Positions 8,374-17,855 of a stretch of 64,000 nucleotides of DNA are shown here, piece by piece. The notes under the pieces were generated by a model. The model saw only the letters and a program-made list of their open reading frames with translations. It had not been told where the DNA came from and made no database searches. This DNA comes from a virus. Position 1 is the first letter of the stretch. The number at the start of each line of letters is the position of its first letter. A program made the position numbers and the translations under genes. The stretch spans positions 1 through 64,000 of the IMG/VR virus record IMGVR_UViG_3300027763_002499; one strand, given 5' to 3'.

Positions 8374-8565
8374 CTACCAATGACGTATTACGTTAGCACA
8401 AATAAAGAAACATGTAATTACATGTATTATAACCCAAAATGTCTTTAAGGTCAAGGCAATTCTGGCTTCTTTTCTTGTCAAGATGGGCACATCGGGCCTA
8501 TCCTCATCTGTATGTCCCATTAAATGACCAGTGGCTCTGGCCCAAATTTTTTCTAAACTATTCAT
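8374..8565 (-). CDS. small membrane protein
   Basis: 63 aa with C-terminal hydrophobic helix. Confidence 0.6.
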   Translation of the reverse strand: MNSLEKIWARATGHLMGHTDEDRPDVPILTRKEARIALTLKTFWVIIHVITCFFICANVIRHW

Positions 8566-8574
8566 AAAAATAAT

Positions 8575-8789
8575 GCCACGAAGCAGGGGAAACGAAAATA
8601 GTCAAATATCAAACGTCAAACATCTAGAATCAAACATACGCTTTTTGCTCAGATATACGATCAAACATCACTTTAATTATTTTATATCTGAGCAAAGCTG
8701 GATGAGTTAGTTTTCAAGACTAATTCAGTACTTGTGCATCGCATGAAGCGATACTATTATTTTCGCCTTTGCCCTGGACCAAGTGTGGC
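8575..8789 (-). ncRNA. candidate ~215-nt structured RNA with tandem heptamer repeats
   Basis: long-range closing stem (8575-8600 with 8758-8789), 14-bp perfect hairpin 8644-8696, two smaller hairpins, 5 x 7-nt NNUUUGA repeats at 8602-8636. Confidence 0.65.
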
Positions 8790-8792
8790 GGC

Positions 8793-9371
8793 TTAGTCTA
8801 GCCCAAGTTCAGACAGCACAAGTGCTACCTGTTCGGGTACTTCAATTTCTGTGCGGACATTGATACCGACCATTTCGTCCTTGATTTTGCGACGTCGACG
8901 ACGTATTGTTTCTAATTCTTTCTTTGCTGTTGCAATAGATTCAGCTGGCACAACGTTAACGTCAAGACTGTAATCACGACCGTAAATGCTAACTCGTTCG
9001 TTGTTGCTGTTGGCTTTTCGACTTTCAATTTCTGCGGCCAGCGCATCCAAGTTAGGACGAACCACAGCTTCACTAAATGCTTTTAAACGGGCCTCTGCAC
9101 TGGCCAACATTGCTTCTTCGGCAAGGTAATCTGTAATACCAACTTCTGCGTTCTTTTTAGCCACTACAGCACGTAAGAACTTGTTTGCGTTAAGCAACCG
9201 ACCAGCTTGTGCATGGTTTGTTTTTACCTTTGCCAGTTGTTCTTCTAAACGTGCAACAACATCTGTTTCAAACAAGCTGATTTTTACAGTTGTTTCTTCT
9301 GTGCCAAGACGTTTGATTTCGTCGGTGATGGTTTGCTGAACCACACTGGCCTTGCGTAGATTGATTTTCAT
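8793..9371 (-). CDS. coiled-coil protein of unknown function
   Basis: 192 aa, largely helical; basic RRRRRKIK patch; own TTGACG-17-TATACT promoter (9433-9405). Confidence 0.8.
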   Translation of the reverse strand: MKINLRKASVVQQTITDEIKRLGTEETTVKISLFETDVVARLEEQLAKVKTNHAQAGRLLNANKFLRAVVAKKNAEVGITDYLAEEAMLASAEARLKAFSEAVVRPNLDALAAEIESRKANSNNERVSIYGRDYSLDVNVVPAESIATAKKELETIRRRRRKIKDEMVGINVRTEIEVPEQVALVLSELGLD

Positions 9372-9416
9372 GGGATTCCTTAGAAGTTTAAGTGTCTATG
9401 TGTTAGTATAACACCA

Positions 9417-9869
9417 TCACTCATCATCGTCAAGTACTTCTGGCAATTTTGGTAAGATATATTGAGCAGATATTTTTAACAAGGGCAAGCCCAATGGATC
9501 GTTGGCGTTGACACGGCCCACAATGTCAAATTCCAATCCATTATTGCTGGCAATATCAACTGTGGCAAATATCCAGCGAGGTATATTTGCTGTATGCATA
9601 AGTTTAATATCCAATTGTGCGGCCATAGGATATCTTTTATATTGGTTAAAAACTGTTTCTAATATTGCATGGTCCAACAATGACAAAATGGCTCCGTTGT
9701 GTATGGAGCCAAGTTGATTCTTGTGAAATTGGTTGCTGAACCAGGCAAAACTGCCAGACATTTCATCAATCTTATACCATAATGGCATAATGTTGCCAAT
9801 GAAATCTTGACGCTTTGTTCCCCTATATGTGTACCCAAGAAGTTCAAATGCCCCGGGAGTATATTTCAT
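9417..9869 (-). CDS. PaaI-like hotdog-fold thioesterase
   Basis: NQLGSIHNGAILSLLDHA resembles the PaaI N-x-x-G-x-x-HGG...D motif. Confidence 0.55.
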   Translation of the reverse strand: MKYTPGAFELLGYTYRGTKRQDFIGNIMPLWYKIDEMSGSFAWFSNQFHKNQLGSIHNGAILSLLDHAILETVFNQYKRYPMAAQLDIKLMHTANIPRWIFATVDIASNNGLEFDIVGRVNANDPLGLPLLKISAQYILPKLPEVLDDDE

Positions 9870-11710
9870 GACCAGGAAGTTGTGCCGGAGATTTTAACCC
9901 AGATAAACGCATTGCCATCTGTGTAATCAGCATTGCAAATGTATAAATCAACACCATCAATGGAATAATCTCCACGTTTGTTAATGCTTGAACCATTAGG
10001 ACTGCTGGGTTTGTCAACCAAGCGTGTAGGAGTTGTGATAATACCAGTGTCTTCATTATAACTAATGCCACCTGTAGCACTTATTGAATGGCGGGCACGA
10101 GTTTGTGTAAAGTACAAGTTTGTTGTTCCGCCTTCGGGAATGTCAGCAGTACTTGGTTTGCTGGTTAGGTCTGCATAACTACCACTACGAGCAACTGAGG
10201 CTATATTAAGGTCAGGTTGATCGGCCAGGCTGTTATAGCTTCCGTTGAACAGAGTAGGTTTGTCCAGTAAATCATTATAACTACCACTTGTAGCAACTGT
10301 AGCAAAGCCAATGTTGCTTGTTTCTACACCATTTACAGAACTACCTGTAAATACAACATCCTCACCTGTAATTGTACTAGAATTAAAATCACTAACGCTT
10401 AATTTATCGTTAACATCTGCGGTAATTGTTGTTATAATTTCCACAGCATCGGCTATATCTGCAAGCTGTATGTTTACCCAATTTTGTGTTGCAACTTCTA
10501 ACACAGCCAATCTGTAATCAACCAAGGCATCTGAGTAGTATTTTTTACCACCAATTGCTGTACTTTCGGTTATATCATCAGTTGTAAGTCCCGACAGCGC
10601 AGATATAACTCGTGCGTTTGTAAAGTACAAGTTATTGGTGCCTTCTGTTAAGATATCAGTGGTCCTTGTCTCTAAAAACTCAGCAACTCTTTGATTTGTA
10701 TAATATTTGTTAGTGCCTTCGGTAATGTTAGTGGTTGTTGACCAATCTGGCCTGTTTGTTAAGTCGGTGTAGCTACCACTGAATAATTCTGGTCTGTTTG
10801 TTAAGTCGGTGTAGCTACCACTGAATAATTCTGGTTTACTTATTAAGTCTCCATAACGTCCACTGAATGCAACAGCTGACAAGTTTTCCAATGAATAACC
10901 ATAATTGTCCAGCATTGTGCCGCTGAAATCATCAACTGAATTGGTAACATCACCCCCATCTATATTGGTCGGGTCGTAGCTGTTGATAGCATTGTCAACA
11001 TATTCTTTTGTAACAGCTTGTTTGTTTGCTGTGATTTCTGAATTTAAATATACTGCATCAAACGTTGGCGCTAAATCATAGCTGATAACACCAGTTGAAT
11101 TATCATAACTCAGAAAAGATCCAAATGTACTAATTGCGTCACGTACTTTAGCATCTGTGTAATATTTGTTTGAGCCTTCGGCGATGTCTGTTGTAGTTAA
11201 TGTGACACTGCCAGATTTACTGTTAACAGAGGTAACACCGCCAACCACTGTGATTACACCAGTGGTGCTGTTATAAGAACCAGCACCTTCAACAGTTATG
11301 GCACTACGAGCACGACTATCTGTATAAAACTTATTTGTACCTTCGCTTAGATTTGTAGTGGTTTTGGTTGCAAACTGGGTGCTGAATAATGTATTAAAAT
11401 CGGCGGCCGAAACCTTTTGATTTATTTGTGCAATTATACTTGCGGCAAAATTTGGGTCATTTCCAATGGCAGTTGCTAACTCTTTTAATGTATCTAATAT
11501 AGTTGGAGCACCGTTTATAAGTGAGTTAACTGCTGAACTGATAGCCAGATTGACGTAGGTTTTATCTGCTAAATCTCTGTCTGATGTAACAGCATCAAAT
11601 AGTAAGTCGGCAGTGGTCTTTAGTGTTAGCCCAGATTGAAGCAAGATAAGTGAATCTTCTGTTCCAACACTACTGGCTGGGTTTAATTGGGAAATTTTTA
11701 CTATTGACAT
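9866..11710 (-). CDS. tail fibre/virion structural protein
   Basis: GAPTILDTLKELATAIGNDPNFA, repeated EGTNKYYT and SGSYxDLxxKP motifs typical of phage fibres. Confidence 0.75.
   Translation of the reverse strand: MSIVKISQLNPASSVGTEDSLILLQSGLTLKTTADLLFDAVTSDRDLADKTYVNLAISSAVNSLINGAPTILDTLKELATAIGNDPNFAASIIAQINQKVSAADFNTLFSTQFATKTTTNLSEGTNKFYTDSRARSAITVEGAGSYNSTTGVITVVGGVTSVNSKSGSVTLTTTDIAEGSNKYYTDAKVRDAISTFGSFLSYDNSTGVISYDLAPTFDAVYLNSEITANKQAVTKEYVDNAINSYDPTNIDGGDVTNSVDDFSGTMLDNYGYSLENLSAVAFSGRYGDLISKPELFSGSYTDLTNRPELFSGSYTDLTNRPDWSTTTNITEGTNKYYTNQRVAEFLETRTTDILTEGTNNLYFTNARVISALSGLTTDDITESTAIGGKKYYSDALVDYRLAVLEVATQNWVNIQLADIADAVEIITTITADVNDKLSVSDFNSSTITGEDVVFTGSSVNGVETSNIGFATVATSGSYNDLLDKPTLFNGSYNSLADQPDLNIASVARSGSYADLTSKPSTADIPEGGTTNLYFTQTRARHSISATGGISYNEDTGIITTPTRLVDKPSSPNGSSINKRGDYSIDGVDLYICNADYTDGNAFIWVKISGTTSWS
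10752..10835. repeat. perfect 42-bp tandem duplication in the fibre gene
   Basis: identical units 10752-10793 and 10794-10835 (PELFSGSYTDLTNR x2). Confidence 0.9.
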
Positions 11711-11711
11711 T

Positions 11712-12107
11712 TTATGCTATTATCCTTGTTAGAGTCACATGAATTGTATAATTGGTTAATGTACCTGTGTCAACACAATTAATGTTTAACGTTGAACCGT
11801 CGCATGTTAACTCAATGTCTGCTGAAAACTCTTCTTGGAACACATCTTCGATTTCTGTAACTGTAGTATTATTTATTGTGCCTCTTAGCTGTTTAGCAAC
11901 AATATCTCCTGCAACATTTTTTGCAATAACTCGCAAGTCATAGAATTCTATTCCTGCTACTTCTACTGGGTTGCCTTGTTTATCAAGCGCAAAAGAATCA
12001 CTGCTATTACATGTGGCTGTTAGTACAATGTTTCTTGTCTCTGCCCCACCAACACCAATTGAAAATTCGCTTGAGGTAGTACCGGCTGTATTATTAAATG
12101 TTTTCAT
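11712..12107 (-). CDS. putative virion structural protein
   Basis: beta-rich 131 aa ORF within the fibre operon. Confidence 0.55.
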   Translation of the reverse strand: MKTFNNTAGTTSSEFSIGVGGAETRNIVLTATCNSSDSFALDKQGNPVEVAGIEFYDLRVIAKNVAGDIVAKQLRGTINNTTVTEIEDVFQEEFSADIELTCDGSTLNINCVDTGTLTNYTIHVTLTRIIA

Positions 12108-14092
12108 TATATGTAAGATACCTCAACTCTGATATTTCCACTAGCTGTGTTGCTTGGGATATTTACAACAACATCTTGTCTTGAACTGGTAATTAAATCT
12201 GAATCAACCACATAAGTTCCTGTCTTGCTTGCACCATGTTGACTGTACTGCCAAACAGTATTAGCACCAACATCAATGGTAAAGTCTGGGGCATTAACTA
12301 AATCTTGTAGTACAGTTACACTTACATTTAAGATTCTTCGATCTTCGCTTACTGTACCAATTGTGGTTGTTGCACCCGGTAAGGCAACAACTTCTTTGAT
12401 TGTTCTAGCATCAACAGCAACACTGCGTTCTCCACCAACTTTGGTCCATTGTTGACCATCATATGTAAATGTAGCCCATTCGCCGTTGCCATCGTCAATT
12501 ACGTAACATTGATCACCGACCAACGAATTTAGTGCGTCTCGGGCAGTCGTGTTGGCCACTACCGCAGTACCGCTTGATCTGATACCTTGTTCAATGTTTA
12601 GTCCTAACGCATAACGTCCGTTTTGACCACTTAATACACCTGCTGTATCTAAGAAATTACCAGCAAAGTCTCTGATAGTTAGCGGGCCACCATCGGCGCG
12701 AATTAGACGCAATGCTGATGTTGTTGTATTTGCAGGCGTTATAGTTGGCAAGCTAGATGTAGAACCTGTACCAGCAAAGTTATTGCCATTGGTATCAGCT
12801 GTGATGTTAACAATAGTAATTGAGCCGCCGGCATTATTTCTAAGTTTAATATCGCTACCGTTGACTACACTGGCAACAATATCTGTGATTTTTGCCGCAT
12901 TAATATCCGAGACCATATCGTTTACGTCTGCAACACTTGGATCTCCATATGCTGCCGCTCCGCTTGTGGTTGTTGTAAAGTTAACAGTTGTTCCATTGAT
13001 ACTTGCGCTAAACGGGGTGTAACCAGCAATAATACCATAAGCACTACCCTGACCAGCAATATCGCTTACTACTTCTTTGGCAGCACCAACCTTGACTGCT
13101 GTAACCTTATGATTAGGTGTTTCTGCATTAATTAATTCTACAGCTTCGGTTACACCATATGTACCTGTGCCACTGGACAATGTTATTTGAATTCTATTAA
13201 TTTCTACTACATCGCCATCAGTTCCTTGAGGGTCTATGCCTGTACCTGTAGTTGATGTAGGAATAGCATAAGCAATTTTCATGTAAATGGGACGACGACT
13301 GTTGTCGTTGGTTGTTAAATCACCTGTACCATCTAAACTAGGATATATGTAATCTCCTACACTGCCAGGAAGTCCTGGCACAAAGTCAATAATACCATTG
13401 GCAGGACGCAGTATGAATTGATCAGGTCCAGGTCCCGGATAAACCACAGTACCAATGAACCTTCCAATATTGTTTGCATTACTTAAAGCAAAATCTTCAT
13501 TCTCAATACAAACAGCGTCACCTTGCTCAAAACCATGATTTTTTGTTTCTAACAAATAATTTGTCAGTGGGTTCATGTATTGGAACCTACTCATCACATT
13601 GGTAAAAAAGTCAGCACTAGCTTCACCTGGCAATGGGTCCAACATAGGGAAACCTAGTTCATTAATTTGGAAGAAGATGACAGGCCCCGGCGTACTGAAT
13701 AAACCAAAACCCGCAGGATCTCTAAATGTATTATAACGTAATCTATCTTCAACAATTGCTACAACTTCTGAATTGGTTTTAGAAATAACGCTGGTAATTT
13801 GTAAAACTTTACCATCACTGGCACCGGCCACAAAATCACCAACCTCAATGTCTTGTGCGTCAAACTTAAAAGGAGTACGTGTTAAATTACTACCATGCAC
13901 TTTTTCCGATACAGTAAAAGAAACTTCCCAGCGATAATATCTAGGATTAAGACCACCACTCCAATAAGGGTCATCGGCGCTGTTGGCATACGGCCAAAGA
14001 CTCAATGGTGTAACCGAATCGGCTGTACCAGAAAGTACTTTGGCGGGCTTGTTTAACCCAATAAAACTAGTTTTCCAAGCATTGATAGTCAT
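12107..14092 (-). CDS. putative tail/baseplate-associated structural protein
   Basis: 661 aa, Gly/Thr/Asn-rich, within the fibre operon. Confidence 0.6.
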   Translation of the reverse strand: MTINAWKTSFIGLNKPAKVLSGTADSVTPLSLWPYANSADDPYWSGGLNPRYYRWEVSFTVSEKVHGSNLTRTPFKFDAQDIEVGDFVAGASDGKVLQITSVISKTNSEVVAIVEDRLRYNTFRDPAGFGLFSTPGPVIFFQINELGFPMLDPLPGEASADFFTNVMSRFQYMNPLTNYLLETKNHGFEQGDAVCIENEDFALSNANNIGRFIGTVVYPGPGPDQFILRPANGIIDFVPGLPGSVGDYIYPSLDGTGDLTTNDNSRRPIYMKIAYAIPTSTTGTGIDPQGTDGDVVEINRIQITLSSGTGTYGVTEAVELINAETPNHKVTAVKVGAAKEVVSDIAGQGSAYGIIAGYTPFSASINGTTVNFTTTTSGAAAYGDPSVADVNDMVSDINAAKITDIVASVVNGSDIKLRNNAGGSITIVNITADTNGNNFAGTGSTSSLPTITPANTTTSALRLIRADGGPLTIRDFAGNFLDTAGVLSGQNGRYALGLNIEQGIRSSGTAVVANTTARDALNSLVGDQCYVIDDGNGEWATFTYDGQQWTKVGGERSVAVDARTIKEVVALPGATTTIGTVSEDRRILNVSVTVLQDLVNAPDFTIDVGANTVWQYSQHGASKTGTYVVDSDLITSSRQDVVVNIPSNTASGNIRVEVSYI

Positions 14093-14101
14093 TTTTTACC
14101 T

Positions 14102-17100
14102 TTATACACTGCTTAGTAAGAACTGTACCACGCAATGTGTTGTTTGTCCAACTCCGGCACTAGCACCTGTTACAGATTTAGGTAAACCTATAGTCATTGT
14201 ATTAACAGCAGGATCAAATGCACTAAATGCACTTGGACTTCCCGAAGATCCGCCGCCTACTAAGGTTCTACCTGCTGTAAATGTACTTGTTACACTAGTT
14301 AAAACATATGAGTTTGTTGCTCTTTGATAAGAATACACTTGTGTATTTAATGGAGCACATACGCTACCTGTAAATGTAAATGTTACTGTAGCAACCGTTG
14401 ATGTTGCAGTAGCAATAACTGCACTAATACCACCATTCAATACGTTAACACTTGATAAATTACCACTTGCATCATATTCAACTTGAACTGCGGCACGGAA
14501 TACACCAGAACTACCACCACCGCCACCACCGCTTGAACTAATAGTAGTTGGCGCCCAAGCACTACCATTCCAGGCCAGTGCTTGACCTGTTGTAGGTGTT
14601 GTGTCTGTAACATCAGCAAATGAATTTAAGTTACTTTGTCCTAAACGTGTATCAAAACGTGCATTTGTAAAGTATAAGTTAGTACCTTCGCTAACATTAC
14701 TAGTTGATGCATTTAAACTAAATGTACCAGTAGCACTGTTATAGCTCAACCCAGTACCAGCTGCCATTGCATTACGAGCAAGCGAGTCACTGAAGTATTT
14801 GTTTGTTGTACCTTGGTTTAAATTGTCCGTCGTCTTGGCTGCTAATCTATTATCCCAACGAGTGTTAGTAAAATATTGATTTGTTGAACCTTCGCTAACA
14901 TCATCAGTGTTTAAAACAACAATGCCTGTTTTAGCATTAACACTAGATACAGTACCACTACCACCAGCAACAGAACTAGGTGTCCAAGCACTACCTGTCC
15001 AGGTTAATACCTGTCCATTGGTAGGGGCTGATGTAACGGTATCAACGTCTGCCAACGCATTAATGCTCGATGCCGCAATACGTGTGTCGGCACGAGCATC
15101 AGCACGAGTGTTTGTAAAGTATAGATTGCTACCTTCAGTGATATAACTTGTGTTAGCACGATATTTGATTTGACCAGTTGTATCATCATAGCTGATCAGG
15201 CTAGTAATATTACTATCAGCAATAGAACTTAATGCTAATCTTGCTCTAGCATCGGTATAGTATTTGTTTGTACCTTCACTGATATCATTGGTTGTCACAG
15301 CATTTAATGCTGTTGTCATTGTAATGTTACCACTACCGTCAAAACTTGTTAAGCCAGTTACCTTACCACTTAAAGTTAAAGTACGAGCCGTTGTCCATTT
15401 GTTGGCCTTGTTAGCTAAATCGACTTCTAAATCATACCCGGGTTGTGTAGTATTACCAATTCCATAAACTTGTATTGTACCTGATTTATTATTGATTGTA
15501 TAACTGGTTCCTGTGGCACCTGTGGCACCTACGTCGCCTCGGTCGCCCTTGATACCCTGGGCACCTGTGGCACCTGTGGCACCTGTACTACCCTGTGGTC
15601 CAACCACATAACCTGCATTGATTGTTGTGCCGTCAGTTAGCGTAACCTGTAAGTATCCACCACTATCAACAACAACGCCACCGGCAGCTACACTACGACC
15701 AGCTGGGCCTTGGCTACCTTGTGGACCCTGTGGACCAACTATGCTACCTGCATTTAATTGACTAGCATCGTCTAGTGTAATAATTAAATTACCATTATCA
15801 ACTACAGCTTGTGCTACACTGATACCGCGATCACCTTTTGCGCCTTGGGCACCTGTATTACCAGTGGTACCCTGCTGACCTTGTGGTCCAATTACGCTAC
15901 CAGCATCAATTGTTGTGCTGTCTGTTTTTGTAATAATTAATCGACCGCTTCCGTTAACTAAAGCAGAGTTAAATCCAACGCCTGTTTGTCCTGTTTGTCC
16001 TGTTGCACCAGTATCGCCTTTGGCACCCGTGGCACCCGCGGCACCTTGCGGACCAACTACACTACCCACATTAATTGTTGTGTTATCTTGTTTGGTTAAA
16101 ACTAGTTCGCCACTGCCATTAACTGCGGCAGATTTAATACCTGATACATTACCAGCATCAACTACTGTGTTGTCACTTAATGTTAATTGTAAACGACCAC
16201 TTAATGTTACGGTAGCGGCACTGATTGATAAGCCTTGTAGGCCTTGAATACCAGTATCACCCTTATCGCCTTTGGTACCACTGTTATTAACTGGCACCCA
16301 TGATGTACCATTCCAACCTAATATTTGTCCACTAGCAACACCGCTAGTGTCAACATCAGTTAGTGCATTTAAGTTAGTAGTTGGCGCAGGAATTGCACTG
16401 ATACTGTCGTCAACATATTTTTTAGTTGCGGCCTGTAAGTTTTGAGTTGGAGCACCCGACAATGTCAATGCACCAGTCATTGTGCCACCAGATTTTAACA
16501 ATACATCTGTGGCAAAGTTAGGGTTATCAGCAAGTGCCGCAGCCAATTCGTTTAATGTGTTTAGTAACGTTGGGGCACCATCAACAATGTTACTAATTTG
16601 ATTGTTTACATAAGTTTGTGTAGCATATCCATTTGTAGTTAAGTATGAGCTAACATCATTGATGCCAATACCACCAGAGCCGCCGCCAACTGCGCTAATA
16701 ACACCATTGTTGATAGTAATAGTTGAACCATCAACTTTAACACCACCAAGTACACTTGCACTTGCTGTTGGCAATGTGTAGCTACTGCCGCTGCCTTCAA
16801 CTGTTACATTAGCAACACCATCAACTACTTCAACAGCGGCACCACTCACAAAGTTGATGCTAGTAAAGTTTCCTCGGTTTGAAGTATTTTCGTAAATTGA
16901 AATACTGTCAAGACCGCCTGTGATGGTAGCAACGTTATTTTGTATATCTACGCTTGGTCCAACAAAGTTTAAAGTTGTTGCAGTACCGCGTACCGTACCA
17001 TCTTCCTTAACTACTATACTGCCACCAGAGCCACCACCAGAGCCACCACCTATTCCAGACAGACTAATTTTTAGTTTACCAGTGGTATCATCGTATGATG

Positions 17101-17236
17101 TTTGTAGACCAATGTTAATATCATTGCCTACTTCAATTTGTTCAGCTACAATATCTTGGACGTCTTCTTCAGTGAGGCCACCGCCACCACCTATTCCGCC
17201 TTGTAGTTGTCCCCCTGAGGATGCGTTAATCGCCAT
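14102..17236 (-). CDS. collagen-like tail fibre protein
   Basis: several G-X-Y runs (GPQGAAGATGAKGDTG...), GAPTLLNTLNELAAALADNPNFA, EGTNLYFT repeats, YTLPTASASVLGGVKV. Confidence 0.8.
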   Translation of the reverse strand: MAINASSGGQLQGGIGGGGGLTEEDVQDIVAEQIEVGNDINIGLQTSYDDTTGKLKISLSGIGGGSGGGSGGSIVVKEDGTVRGTATTLNFVGPSVDIQNNVATITGGLDSISIYENTSNRGNFTSINFVSGAAVEVVDGVANVTVEGSGSSYTLPTASASVLGGVKVDGSTITINNGVISAVGGGSGGIGINDVSSYLTTNGYATQTYVNNQISNIVDGAPTLLNTLNELAAALADNPNFATDVLLKSGGTMTGALTLSGAPTQNLQAATKKYVDDSISAIPAPTTNLNALTDVDTSGVASGQILGWNGTSWVPVNNSGTKGDKGDTGIQGLQGLSISAATVTLSGRLQLTLSDNTVVDAGNVSGIKSAAVNGSGELVLTKQDNTTINVGSVVGPQGAAGATGAKGDTGATGQTGQTGVGFNSALVNGSGRLIITKTDSTTIDAGSVIGPQGQQGTTGNTGAQGAKGDRGISVAQAVVDNGNLIITLDDASQLNAGSIVGPQGPQGSQGPAGRSVAAGGVVVDSGGYLQVTLTDGTTINAGYVVGPQGSTGATGATGAQGIKGDRGDVGATGATGTSYTINNKSGTIQVYGIGNTTQPGYDLEVDLANKANKWTTARTLTLSGKVTGLTSFDGSGNITMTTALNAVTTNDISEGTNKYYTDARARLALSSIADSNITSLISYDDTTGQIKYRANTSYITEGSNLYFTNTRADARADTRIAASSINALADVDTVTSAPTNGQVLTWTGSAWTPSSVAGGSGTVSSVNAKTGIVVLNTDDVSEGSTNQYFTNTRWDNRLAAKTTDNLNQGTTNKYFSDSLARNAMAAGTGLSYNSATGTFSLNASTSNVSEGTNLYFTNARFDTRLGQSNLNSFADVTDTTPTTGQALAWNGSAWAPTTISSSGGGGGGSSGVFRAAVQVEYDASGNLSSVNVLNGGISAVIATATSTVATVTFTFTGSVCAPLNTQVYSYQRATNSYVLTSVTSTFTAGRTLVGGGSSGSPSAFSAFDPAVNTMTIGLPKSVTGASAGVGQTTHCVVQFLLSSV

Positions 17237-17260
17237 ATTATAATTCTCCTGTATATTCCG

Positions 17261-17632
17261 TTATAGGCTTAGGACCACTCGTTCGCAAGCACCTAGTCGA
17301 TCTGCTGTTTCATTTAAATAGCTTCTTAAAACTTTGGCTCTTAGGTACACAAAATTTCCAACTATGTTAAATGTTTCAACTTTGGTTTCAATGCTGTTAA
17401 CACTAAAGTATGTTGTACCATTACCCAATCCAATCGGAAACCAATCTGACTCTGCTGGATTGTCACTTAATGATGCTTCAATGACCAAGCGACCTTTAAA
17501 GTTTTTTAGATAAAACGCAACTGTATGCATTCCATCAGCAAAACCATAATATCCGTCGGCGCGAGTTGCTAGACCAGTTTGATCTAACATTGATGGGTTA
17601 CCAATGAGCATGTTTGTTGTCCTCATACTCAT
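17261..17632 (-). CDS. hypothetical structural protein
   Basis: 123 aa beta-rich ORF (GNFVYLRA) at the head of the fibre operon. Confidence 0.6.
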   Translation of the reverse strand: MSMRTTNMLIGNPSMLDQTGLATRADGYYGFADGMHTVAFYLKNFKGRLVIEASLSDNPAESDWFPIGLGNGTTYFSVNSIETKVETFNIVGNFVYLRAKVLRSYLNETADRLGACERVVLSL

Positions 17633-17636
17633 AATA

Positions 17637-17801
17637 TTATTCCTTAATTACTTCTACAACTACATCATCACCAACTAGCTGTTGTACAACTGCTTCTAAA
17701 TTAGATACAGTTTCTTCGCCAGCAAGAGTTCCTACACTTTGGTTATCCTTGTGCAGTTTGCTCAACTTGACTATGATTAGTTCTTCGTGTATTTTTGCCA
17801 T
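17637..17801 (-). CDS. small protein (54 aa, not in ORF track)
   Basis: GGAGG RBS; MAKIHEELIIVKLSKLHKDNQSVGTLAGEETVSNLEAVVQQLVGDDVVVEVIKE*. Confidence 0.7.
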   Translation of the reverse strand: MAKIHEELIIVKLSKLHKDNQSVGTLAGEETVSNLEAVVQQLVGDDVVVEVIKE

Positions 17802-17806
17802 GAAAA

Positions 17807-17835
17807 AAGCCTCCAACTATATTTAGCGGAGGCTT
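17807..17835 (-). terminator. terminator hairpin enclosing a TAAATA late-promoter-like motif and the RBS
   Basis: AAGCCTCC-GCTAAATATAGTT-GGAGGCTT followed by TTTT and ATG. Confidence 0.65.
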
Positions 17836-17855
17836 GGATTTTAGAACAGGCTTAT

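Noticed and set aside
15500-16280. GC-rich GGCACCTGT repeats as a DNA-level element
   Set aside because: They are fully explained by collagen G-A-T codons in the fibre gene.
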